DNA from: Ophelia neglecta
Taxonomy: Eukaryota
Assembly: GCA_965285935.1 (NCBI GenBank)
Contig: OZ260661.1
Location: 47,554,001-47,618,000 of the forward strand
Reading direction: 5' to 3'
Length of the DNA: 64,000 nt
Shown: positions 27,258-38,085 of the stretch, in pieces
Layout of the letters: each line of letters starts with the position of its first letter
How positions within the stretch are numbered: position 1 is the first letter of the stretch
Notes under the pieces: generated by a model
Told to the model about the DNA's origin: nothing
Databases searched by the model: none
The model's input: the letters and a program-made list of their open reading frames with translations, nothing else
Position numbers and translations under genes: made by a program

Positions 27258-30200
27258 CGGAGGTATGAATGATATGTAAATAATATTGAATTTGGAAAGA
27301 AAAATAATCTGCGTTTCGACTCAAAACACTCGTCTATGGTGATATGGTGATACAATTGTTATACTCAGGTTGACGGTAAATGTGGGAGGCAAGGTTCTGC
27401 CCAAACGAAAACCAATGCGGAAGACACCATGAAACGTACCAAGGTAGTTCTATTTCATATTTCTACTCGGGGTTCAAGACGTAGGTCCGAATGCATTGTC
27501 AAATGATTGAATGAATAAAAATATTAATAATATGAATAATGAGACTTCATGAGCATAGGTTGAGGGAGAGATTGGCAGTGGATAATATTTGATAGAATTA
27601 TTTAGAAGTGAATGAGGAAATGTATGCGTGTGACTATTGCAGGCTCGCTCAGAACTAATCAACAAGCTGGACGCTGCGTGCGTTTTGTTGTCAGGGGGGA
27701 TGGCAATACAGCAGGCAGCAGAGACACTAAAAAGCCTCACTAAATCTACCTTCGAACTCACTCATGGATCCATTGTAAGTATTTGTTCACGATTATTTGA
27801 TGATTGCTCTATTGACATTAACCAAAGCGTGTGCACCCACAATTCTATTCGCTTCGAAAGGCTACTATCAGACAATTCGACATTATACCAATGGCATATT
27901 TTTTCCTCAGATACAATCGGCTGGTCTCATTGATATTTTGGCCAATTATTTGGGAGATACAAAAAACCTTAGCCCTAGCGAAGTACTCAAAACTAGCGAT
28001 GGTAAGGAGCGACTTAGTTAAATATCTAATGGGATCCAATATAGTTATTTACTCGGGCAGGGGTAGAAAAAAGTACACTTGATGTAGCACGAAGGAATGA
28101 TTTAGAATGGGATTGTGCTATATCGTTGAAAACAATTAGGGAAAAGGGAAGAGAAAGGGACAAACAAACATTGCATCATTGAATCAGTGTTGAACTAGTG
28201 TTCCTATTTAACAGAAATATTAGGAGTTATTTCCAACCTGCTTGAAGCAACTTTGCCCGCTAAAATGGTGTTGAAGTACCAGACTGATTTCGAGGGCCCG
28301 GATGAAGAGAAAGAAATCAAACGAAAAGCAGCGAAACTCGCAGCCGAAGAAACGTTACAAAAACAGAGAAGACTAGCAAGGAACGTTGTCCCAAAACTAG
28401 TAGACATAGTGGATTTAATTCGAAATAGTGTTCTGAAATCCAAACTACCTGGAGAAAAGTCTGTGTCACTGGGATCCTCAGATCAGCTTAAGGTCACCCA
28501 CTGTTTTTTATTCGTACAGTTCTGTAGTCCATTTTGTTTTCGTCCAATAAGAGAAACTTTGACTTACCAATAACGTATTCTAACGTATTTTGCACCTCCT
28601 TCTATAGCTTATTCTACAAAGAACTAAAAGAAGAAGTTTGATAGGCCTTGGAATGAACGTAGACAGCGTGTCTGTCACTCTGCCCGAAGAAGATATTTTC
28701 AGTGGCTACATTGGTGCCTCTGTAGATTTCCAGGTAGAGCCAGTTATAATTTTGATAGAGTCTACTACGTTTGAAACGTTAGTAAACATAAACCCCTTTT
28801 ATCATAATGCGACTAGAGGCAAATGGAAAATAGCATCTGCTGCAGCTTGAATTTCCAGGAGTAATTAAATGTGATTGATAATCGGATTTGAATTATCACA
28901 TTGTAAGTTAACCCATGTTGAATGAATCCCATGTAAAACAAATGCATCTGCCAATAGATGATGACGTCAAAGAAGAATCTGTATAGTTGGGATGACACCT
29001 CAGTGCGGGCCAAAACACAGTTAGCAGGAATGAAATTCGTTGGGGAAAACGGACAAGATCTCCTGGTGAAAAACCTGAAGAAGGAAATAGAATTCACATT
29101 ACCTTATACGAGTATTACACAACCTATCCCAACCAAAATTATCGTTGATAATGTGGAGAAACGCAACAATGATTTGGTGCTGCATAATATTAGTTTTTCT
29201 CCACCTACTACGGCGATCGAGTTCACGATTAAGCCCCATCGAGAAAAGCAAATTTATGATTTATTCATTAAACTCGGTAGCATTGCCAGTGATAGTGATT
29301 ATGATTTAAAGATGTCCGTCAAACAAGAAAATGGCTTCTCTTTTGTATGGACAACCCCGCCAGTAAATGGAACATACTTTGTCGCAGTTAGACAAGGTAA
29401 CCAACCCACGCCATTGTTTAATTCTAAGAAAATAATAATGACATATCTATAAGTCATACATATAAGGAAGTATACCAAAGCGATGTTATTATGTTACAAA
29501 TGGGGAATTGTTAGATACTTTTCTGTGTGACTTTCCTTTTCACCATCCTTGTCGTTTGTGTATTGGTGGCCTTTGTTCTTTAAAGTCACACGACGGCAGC
29601 ATCAGAAAATAGAATACACTGCTTATGTGAACATGTTTGGCTGTATCTACTGGGACGAGGGCATGCAGATATGGACCGATGACGGCTGTGAGGTGGGTAT
29701 GATATGTAGATATTTTAGGGGTCGAATATACCCTTACCTACCTTATTTTCTGTTGATTCAATTTGCTACATATATGTAAACCTTTTCCCACATTAAGTGT
29801 GTGAAATAAAAAAAAACATAATTGGGGGATCGGAACGTTTGGGGTGAACTTACCGATAATTCGATATGGTGGTATTGTTTGGGTGGGGGAGAGGTTTGCA
29901 TTCTACCAAGGAAAAGTAATACGTCACACTTCTAAAACATTATCATTTGTGGGGTACGAACTTATTTTCTGAAACGAAAATTTAAGGAATGGTTTGTCGC
30001 AATAGCGGCCTTATCACGTGGCATTTCCGTAAATATAAAACATTAATGGCAAAAATACACAAAACAAAATGTATACACTACTGATCATTTTGTCATTATA
30101 ATTATTATATCCCTATTTTATTGATACAAGGCTAAGACGGCAAATCCGACATCCGTCGTCTGCGCTTGTAACCACCTGACGTTCTTCTCGGCGGATTTCA

Positions 30201-33200
30201 TGGTTGCCCCTAACACCATCGACTTCAACACGGTGTTTAACAAGTTTGCCGATATTGGTGACAACCTTGCAGTGCTCCTGACAGTTATAGGCATCATTGT
30301 TCTCTTTTGGATTGGAATATTAGTTTTACGACGCCTGGACCAAAGAGATTTAGAGAAGGTGACAATCAGATTACTTTGCCCCATAGGTCCATACTTATTA
30401 ATGTTTACAGCTATCACAAAATTTGCGTCCTATTGGAAAAAAGGAGTTCTAAAATGACAAATTGTGCCACATGTTTAACTATGAATAAGTTCATCGGTTC
30501 ATTTGAAAACAAACAAATTTGGCTTGCATTGTAGTGGAAGGTTCGGCCATTGTTAGACAATTCCGACCAAGACTTGTATCGATACGTGATGACAGTGATA
30601 ACTAGTAACAAGGGAGGCGCCGGTACCCGGTCAAAAATCTACTTCATCGTTGTTGGAGAGGACGGAGACTCTGACGTGAGACTTCTTGACGACGGTGTCA
30701 GAAAGAAACTGACGTCTGGCAGCATCAATCACTACTTGGTGACCACTCCTCAAGACATTGGATGTCCTACATTCCTACGCATCTGGCATGACGGAAGTGG
30801 TGTTGGAAACAAGTCATCCTGGCACCTAAAAGAAGTGGTGCTTCATGATGTGCAGAAAAAAGAAAGGTAAGTCCCGTCTTGTTTGGGCAGCAGTGTCAGA
30901 TAGGGTATCACATATTTCAATACTGTTTTTACCTATCACACTTGCAGGTTCCATTTTGTATGCGACGCCTGGCTTGCGGCGGACAGAGGGGACGGGGCGG
31001 TTGAGCGGCTTGTACCACAGACTTCACCGGAAGAACTCAAACAGTTCGGTCGCCTGTTTGATATGGCTTCCCGAAAGGAGATGTGTGATCAACATCTGTG
31101 GGTCTCAGTGTTTTCTCGTCCTACCCGCAGCTCGTTCACCCGTGTCCAGCGCTGGGGATGCTGCGTATCCCTTCTTTTCACTAGCATGATCGCCAGCGCC
31201 ATGTGGTTTGGCCGCCTGGATGAGGAGGAGGAAAAGGGACAGCTAATTAAACTTGGACCATTCGTATGGTCCACTAAACAATTCTTTATCGCCACCATGA
31301 CGTCAATAATCGTGTTTCCGGTAAACTTGGTTATCATACAGCTTTTTCGCAAGTCAAAACCCTCCCAAGACGAGCAACAGGTAAGTAGATAAATGTTTGC
31401 GTTTACTCCAATCATCATTTTGCGTGATTATTACTGACACATAAATCAAAACTATACCAAATTCATGGTCTCTCATTTTTGAAGGTTATTCGAACAAATG
31501 AGCGTCCGACGACTGCCGCCCAGAGGGCGCGTCGCACCGCTTCAGCAAGCCGTATAGCCCTGGAATACTCTCTCCCCATGTCACCTCGATATGGGACATC
31601 CTCTCGCGAAATTCAGCTTAGTATAAAGCGAAATGATCTTGAGGCAGAGTATCTGTCTGCACTTTATGAGGTGATTATATATATAAATTTAACTTTTTAA
31701 ACAAATGTTTAGCCTTAGGAACCCTTACTGATTATTCATATGTCAGATTGAAATTTGATTTACCAAATTCTAGGATGATCCTGATAAGTCGACTCAGCAC
31801 AGCAATGTTTTCAAACAACGATGGTGGAATAAAGAACACTTTTTGCCTCACTGCTGTATCTACATGGCATGGTTTTTAGTGTTCCTGTCGGTAGTGGCTT
31901 CTGGCAAGTACAAGTCGTCATCATTAGGCCTATCTCTCTCTCTCTCTCTCTCTAGCAGGGGCTAGCTTACATAAATTACAATTTAAAACAAACCAATATT
32001 GTGATATTTGCAATATCTGTATAACCAAACTACAAAGAGTCAGACACTTTAACAACCCAATGATACTCCCGTTTCATTCTATTTACAGGTGGATCGATTC
32101 GTGTATAATGTTTTTCATGCTTTTGAAACTGTTTGGTTATAATCTCTTGGTTTTACTCTCCATTCAACAGCTTTTTTCGTGATTCTGTACAGTGTTGAAT
32201 GGGGTAAAGAGATGTCCGAAATGTGGCTATGTGCTATGTTTATCAGTCTCGCGGAATCAGTTGTCGTCATTCAACCGCTCAAAGTTCTGGCTGTTGCGAT
32301 TCTCCTGGCTCTAATCTTCAAAGACCCAGTGATGAATGAAGAAATACGCCTGTCAGGCGACGAAGAAAAAGACAAAAATCAATCTGATTTCCATATAATG
32401 GCAAGGGGTACGGGTGAATTGATTTCAAAACCACATGTATAGTGAAGCTCATTTTCAAGTATTTGAATATGATTATATTGTGCGATTTCATATCTGACTT
32501 CGGAAAACGTATCACTCAAATAGTATTTTGTTCCAGCTAATCGATCAAAGAATAAAATGACATCATTGGACGCCACCAAAATTGATGAAATGAAAGAACG
32601 AAACCGAAAGCAGTCGATAATCGAAGGCAACTTAATGCAGATTGTAGTGTATATATTTTATCTTGTCGTTTTAACAATCATTGCCTACGGACAGAGAGAC
32701 CCTATGGCCTTTTTTGTCACCAAACATGTCCAGGATTACCTGATTAAACCAAATCAACCGACATTGCATATTGGACCCAAGGCATTTCACAACGTGAGCA
32801 GAAAGATTACTCATTTCATATGTATAAATAACGCCATCTTTGCCATTTAGTAAAATTGATGACATTCGGAAATAGTTTTTGTTTTGAAATAATATGTGAA
32901 TAATGATAACGCTTAAATTATATTGGAATATAGGAAATAAAATTAATGTTTTTCTTCAGATCCGCACATTGCAGGATTACGAGAACTGGGCCAATGAGGT
33001 ATTCTTGCCTACTTTGATGCCTACATATCTTTATAATGGGGACAAAATAGGTGACTGGAGACATGTGCGTTTTGGTTCCTTCGAGGGCAACTACTATCGG
33101 ATCGGGCTCACTCGTCTGAGGCAACTCCGAGTGAAGAAAAGTGAGTAGCCTATTGGACACAAGTTAAAAAAAACAATCATGTTGGTTTTTCGCACAATGA

Positions 33201-36200
33201 ACCATCATTTAAATGATAACGTTACTGTTTTGTCATGGGTGTCCTAGACTATGAGTTTTTCTTTCCATGTGTGTTCGTCGTTTTTGTCGCTTTGCAAGCC
33301 AACTTTAATGCATCAGTCGTCTTGTTTAATTCTGAACATAAATGGCCATGATAATGATTTGTATGCTGTCTAATTCACAGCGCCATATTGGTAGGTCAAA
33401 TAGATAGATTGTGATAGCAGATCGACATGTTGTAAATGTCGACATATAGAAAGATCGTCAAACAGAATAACCGACAGATAGATTTGCGGACTTATCAATA
33501 GATACTTCGGTACATCGATAGATATATTAACATACAGACAGATCGACAGATATGCCGACCAGGAGATAGATTGACAAATAGGAAAATTGATAAATCTGAA
33601 TACATCGATAATTCTATGTTTTCTTCCATGACCAATGACTATGCAATCCAGTATAATAAATGTGGGCTAGGACTCTCTTTATTACAAATTCCATTGAAAT
33701 AGATAAAGATACAGCAATAAAAGTAAACAGTTCCCGTACGTGAATGCATGTGCGTTTGTGTATCAATACCATGCATTGAATAATGTGTCGGAGTTTGTAA
33801 GTGTTGAAAACCTGCATGGGTGAACAAAATAACCGTGATGGGTTTAGGGTACTGCGCAGCCCCGAACAGGAGTGGCTGTGGAATGTTTTGTTCCTGAGTT
33901 TGATGGGCTTCAGGTTTGGCACACCCAGTCCCTTGACCAAAGACAGGCTAAGCTTGAAATAAATAAGAACGAGCGGGTGAATCGCGATGCCAAGGGGTAA
34001 CCAACTCTAGTGCGAGCTTTCAGTGTACTCTTTCATGTATTATTCTTCAATGTCATATTGAGAAAGCTAAAGTCGGACTTAGTTTTGAAATAAATGAACT
34101 ATACTTTTACTTTATATAATAATGAACGTAATGCTCAATTTAATCATTGTGCCCTCATACATTGTACTTAGTTTTAAATCTTAATTTTATTAATTGAAAT
34201 CGAAGACACATATTACTTTCCTAATTATGTTGCAGAACTTTGCCACAATTACTGGAAACTCGATGCCTTGTTTAATGAAGAATGTAACTCTGAGTACTCG
34301 GGTACTACCGAGGACACTAGCCATTACCAGGGAGGATGGGACGTCCCTGGTAACGCTACAGTGGGGAAAGATCCCTGGATTTATCACCAGGCACACGAGC
34401 TGCAGACTATGCCTCTTTGGGGGAAGTTAGCAATCTACGGCGGAGGTGGTTATGTGTTTTACCAGTATCCTCTCTATGGGCGTGCGGCAAAGGAGCAGCG
34501 AGCGATGTTGGATCTCAAATGGTTAGATCGATACACCCGAGCTGTTGTGGCTGAATTTGTCGTCTACAATGCCAATGCTAACACGTTTGCGTGTGTGTCC
34601 ATTCTAATGGAGATGTCAGCTTCAGGGAGTATCACGAAATGGTGGGATGTGAACGTCCTAAATCTGTACAGCTACTCTGGAAACCTAGCCCTCTTCAGAA
34701 TATGTTGCGAGTTTATTTTCTGTACATTTCTCTTGTTTGAAATCTACAAACTTATCCGATCCCTGCTGAAAAATAAGAAGAAGCATTTCAAGGATCTACG
34801 GAGTTATGTTGACGTGCTTCTTGTACTCGGCTCGGTCGTAACAGTCACTCTGTACATCGTCAGATTTGTTCTGGTTAAACGAGTGATGCGGGAATTTGCT
34901 GACAATAAAGGTATGAATTAAATTGTAAAAAGTGAAAAAGTAGGGAGGGGGGGGGGGGGCAGAAATTTAATTTCCGAGAGATGAGGGGATTCCACTGAAG
35001 GTGTGAAGTTTGAGTATACGAGTGTGCAAAGTGGGATAGGAAAGAAGGAGGGGATAGAAAAGTGTTGTTAGGCAAGAAGGGCTGAACACGGGAGTCGACA
35101 CACGGCAGACAATATAGAATAATTAATCAGGGAAATATTAGTCCTTTTCGGTCAGGAATTCGAACCTTCAGCTGTAGGCCCACAAGTATTGATCGCGAGT
35201 TCCCAAACTATGAATTAGTTGTTATAGAATTGCCAGTAAAAAAATAATACAATTATATCATATATCACTTTCTATGATTAGTAGACTAAGGTTGTATATT
35301 ATGTCAGTGGCTGGTAATGCTACCATGGGACTGACCTTTAATATAAAAGTGAGACTATTGCGGGATTTGTCACAAGAAATATAAACCAAAGAAGGATGTA
35401 GAGAGTATAGTGATCATAAGAGTGAAAGAGACTAAAGGTATAATGGGATGGCTAAAACCTTTAATTGGCTCTTAGAACAGAAACATCTACTTGAATATAC
35501 AAAGACGGGGACATCTCCCTCTTCCTCTTTGTCCTGTTTATAAAAATGGTATTTAAAAAATCCTTCCGAAGCAGAGATTCATATACTCTTCTTGTTAAAA
35601 ATGTAGGTTTAATATAACACTGTGATTTCGATCTTTTCAGACGGGGATATAGAATTCAGTCGACTGGGGTTTTATAACCGGATCGTGACCTATGCCACCG
35701 GGGTGTTGGTGTTTTTGTCTACAGTACGCATGCTGTGTCTACTGACATTCAACAGCCGAGTCGAAATGATATGCCGCATTCTAATCATCTCCTCTTCTTC
35801 TTTGACTCATTATGCACTTACGTTTTTTATTATTATGGCCTCATTTACCTGTTTTGCTTTCAAAGTGTTTGGTCCCAACATCGCTGCTTATGCTAGTATT
35901 GTTTCTTCATTTGAAAGTCTGCTAGCTGCCTTTGTTGGCGCGCGCATGTTTAACGCAATGGATACTGAGGACTCGCCCCTCGGGAGAGCATTCTTTCTCA
36001 TTTTTGTTCTAGTTATGCTGTTCATTATGACAAATATACTTATTAGTATTTTGACTGATGCAATGGCCACTGTGAAAGGGGAGTTGTCCGAAAAGATCAA
36101 CAACGATGAGTACTTAGCTTTTGTAAACGAACGCTTGAGGGACCTGCTGGGTTTCGACAACATTCTACCATGGAGTACAGGTCAGGCAAATGACGTATTA

Positions 36201-36684
36201 ATGGTTTAGTATTCGCGACATCATTTTAATAAATTCCCAATGAAAGAAGCCGTAATATTAACTAACGTATCGATGTTATCAAGCGGTGGATCAGGCAGAA
36301 TAGGCTACGGCAGAAAATCTTGCACCACCTTTTAAGGAATATATATCTAATGGTATTTTGTCTTTTTTGGTGTGTGAAATCGTGTCGAATTTTATTGAAA
36401 TTCTGTTCTGTCTTTCAGATCGTAAACCAAGGTCGGTAACTGTCGGCCTACAATGTGATGGTCCTGGTGACTCAGGGACGGGGGACTCCCACACCACAAA
36501 CGTCCTGCATGTAGAGCCAGCCGGGCATGCCCCTTACCCCGACTGGTCCCCAATGCCAGGGGACAGAAGAAATTTTTGCAGCACTGGTTTGGGTGAGGAA
36601 AGGCATCAACTTGCCGATATCATCAAAAACTACGGCTATTCCAAAGGAATAAAAATGAGAAAGTCAAAGATGTCCGTTCTATAG
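3775..36684 (+). CDS. Giant polycystin-1-like (PKD1/REJ family) receptor, about 6,017 aa, 45 predicted coding exons
   Basis: Manual exon chain with compatible phases at every junction (18,054 nt): 3775-3838, 4582-4808, 4909-5153, 5427-5593, 6008-6181, 6285-6414, 6562-6884, 7218-7304, 7495-7655, 8092-8662, 10183-10455, 11930-12505, 12691-12813, 13638-13817, 14044-14188, 15473-15615, 15764-16206, 16336-16546, 16706-17371, 17507-18139, 18246-18914, 19066-23322, 23431-25513, 25932-26107, 26224-26391, 26485-26780, 27054-27203, 27369-27443, 27643-27774, 27911-28001, 28215-28492, 28608-28733, 28958-29396, 29586-29692, 30131-30358, 30535-30866, 30948-31380, 31485-31670, 31774-31903, 32171-32407, 32537-32793, 32960-33140, 34236-34910, 35641-36180, 36419-36684. 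Hallmarks: PKD repeats (xDFGDG-like), REJ (DARSATYDPD, NLPPYGGKCSVSP), GPS (CIYWDE...WTDDGC...CACNHLTFF), VAPNTIDF before TM1, PLAT (AGTRSKIY...LRIWHDGSG), HLWVSVFSRPTRSSFTRVQR, LRQLRV, YGGGGY, WLDRYTRAV. The C-terminal half is certain. Linkage of the N-terminal LamG exons into the same transcript is inferred from phase continuity and the absence of an intervening stop or signal peptide. Confidence 0.85.
4582..12505 (+). other. LamG/concanavalin-A-like (pentraxin-like) domains 1-4 of the polycystin ectodomain
   Basis: Repeated motifs C-x5-C-x2-G(Y/F)TxxFW, WTHIAF / WIYFSMSW / WTWVTFYW, and terminal IDELHIW / IDELFI / LDDIFL. Domains map to exons 2-4, 5-8, 9-10 and 11-12; domains 2-3 are more divergent. 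Confidence 0.7.
12691..15615 (+). other. Caspr/CNTNAP/neurexin-IV-type fibrinogen-like module (4 exons)
   Basis: Spliced translation: APTCVSY...PFYVQC...ALKSISISCKQKLSMSC...YWKDNGGVNRYYWGGADDDHIGKCDCGVRGFCTNSTSKCNCDGHAGWDKDEGWLKEKDRLPVKSL...WTIGNLIC. This fits the Caspr-family pattern YWGG..KCxCG..C..CNCD..W..D.G.L..K..LPV..LGPLxC. Confidence 0.85.
13517..13568. repeat. (TA)n microsatellite (interrupted)
   Basis: Seen directly; intronic. Confidence 0.9.
15764..18914 (+). other. LamG/concanavalin-A-like domains 5-8
   Basis: HWALD / YWSLD starts; CFTDVRQCLKGFSTALW, CLGRLDLCEKGLTLAFW, CLSNPTRCVRGFTISCW; WIHVAITW, WFHIAFSW, WTHTAFKW; ends LDEFWF, VDEMVF, IDEFYF, LDEIHIW. Confidence 0.9.
19066..19335 (+). 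other. WSC domain
   Basis: VGCY...MDPLTCRTYCNHTFRYVGLSEGVRCVC...CSTVCPGTSYVCGS...IY shows the 8-Cys WSC pattern. Confidence 0.85.
19430..24820 (+). other. Array of about 19 PKD-like Ig-fold repeats, mostly in one 4,257-bp exon
   Basis: About 93-aa units with GS/TN starts, (D/E/N)(F/Y/W)GDG cores, HxYxxxGxY and terminal (A/V)xNxxS motifs; 19 terminal motifs counted by eye. Confidence 0.85.
24821..30190 (+). other. REJ module and GAIN/GPS domain with HL|T autoproteolysis site (codons 30173-30181)
   Basis: IVIDARSATYDPDD, TNLPPYGGKCSVSPDRG, CSKWKDE, CNLPMG; GPS motif CIYWDEGMQIWTDDGCE/AKTANPTSVVCACNHLTFFS. Confidence 0.9.
27226..27256. repeat. (TA)n microsatellite
   Basis: Seen directly; intronic. 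Confidence 0.9.
30535..31010 (+). other. PLAT/LH2 domain
   Basis: YVMTVITSNKGGAGTRSKIYFIVVG...LRIWHDGSG...WHLKEVVLHD...FHFVCDAWLA, following TM1 as in all PKD1-family proteins. Confidence 0.92.
31934..31952. repeat. (CT)n microsatellite
   Basis: Seen directly; intronic. Confidence 0.85.
32537..36180 (+). other. Polycystin (TOP) domain and TRPP-like 6-TM region
   Basis: RLRQLRV, WGKLAIYGGGGY, WLDRYTRAVVAEFVVYNAN, RMLCLLTFN, GRAFFLIFVLVMLFIMTNILISIL. Confidence 0.92.
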
Positions 36685-38085
36685 GCTTACTATCTTTTGA
36701 GCTTCGGATTGGAGACCTTGGCGATATAAGCAGACATACAAATCGTGTTATTAAATATTAGAATAGCAAAGTTTTTCATAGATAGAGTGATTTAATCATA
36801 AGACCTATTCCACTTGTGACTGTGGACAAAGTTAGGAATAACCCTTTTGCTGTTTTGAATAGTTATTAATATTCAAGGTACAAAGATTACAAATCTCGTC
36901 AAGTTGTACTAGGTGTTGCTTTCTCTAGTCGATTGGTGTTTAGTTCCAGACGTATTGTAGAACAGGCTACTTTGGCAAATAGTACTTCAGCTAGAAATGT
37001 CTTATAATATTAGACGCAAATAAACGAATGTTGAGCATTTACGTATACCGTTGTTATTTATACAATAGGCCCATAACAACGTATATGTTTGATGAATGCA
37101 CTGGACATGGTATCTATTAGTAGTGCTGTAAAAGCGTAGTGCTTTATCGGCTAAATCTTAAACTGATGATGCACTGCGAAAGGATATAATAAAATATAGG
37201 CCTAGTTATTTTGAACATATTTAATAAATTAATATTTACAGAAATTATTTACTAGAATGCGGTAGAACAAGGTGAATGAGAGAAGCTTGAGGTATAGGTT
37301 GATGATCGATACTGTTGGTTTATGGTATGGGGGTCGATGCATGCGACTACGATAGAATAAGCCCTTTGATAAATGGGAGAGTTTAGATTAATTCGTTTCA
37401 AGAGACACGCGACTAAAGCAGGATATAAAAGTACCTCGCAATCGAAAAATATCCTGAATGACAATAAAACGTCCAGGGGTTGCTATTCAAAATGAAAAAA
37501 GTAGTCCGATATAAGAGTTTAAGCAAATAACTGTTTTCATGGCAACATATTTATTCTGCCATTATTGTGTTTTTGCATATATAATGGCACATCTTTTAAC
37601 CTATATAAGTTTTTTAAGTGCGCGATACCTTACAAAAATGTTAGCCTCAATTAGTAACCTTCACATGTTAAATAGAAAAAGAGCAAAAAAAATTGGGACT
37701 TTTTTCCTAAATAGCAATACCTATTGTTTATTACAAATTTAAGTTGAAACTTAAGTCTCAAATCTTTAGGAACCCACCCCCATCATACTGTCTTCGGTCC
37801 AGGCTGACAGTCAGCCCCCTAAGGGCGTGTTCAAACCTATGTGCACAGAGATAGTTACGTGATGCTACCAAAAATGTTAAGAGTGATGAGAAGTAATGCC
37901 TCGGGGAATACGTAAATACCAGGCCTTCTGGGCAGGGATACACTCTTGAGCGAACAGTATATACGGCTTGAATACTAGGAATATAGTTGCTTGTAGTGGA
38001 AAGAGTGGATTAATTTTTTATTCGTCGAAGTACAAGAACATATCTATATCGACTGCAATGTCACCAAGTAGCACACGACGACCCT

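Noticed and set aside
33395-33610. GATA/GACA-rich stretch as a regulatory cluster
   Set aside because: It is better explained as a decayed tetranucleotide microsatellite.
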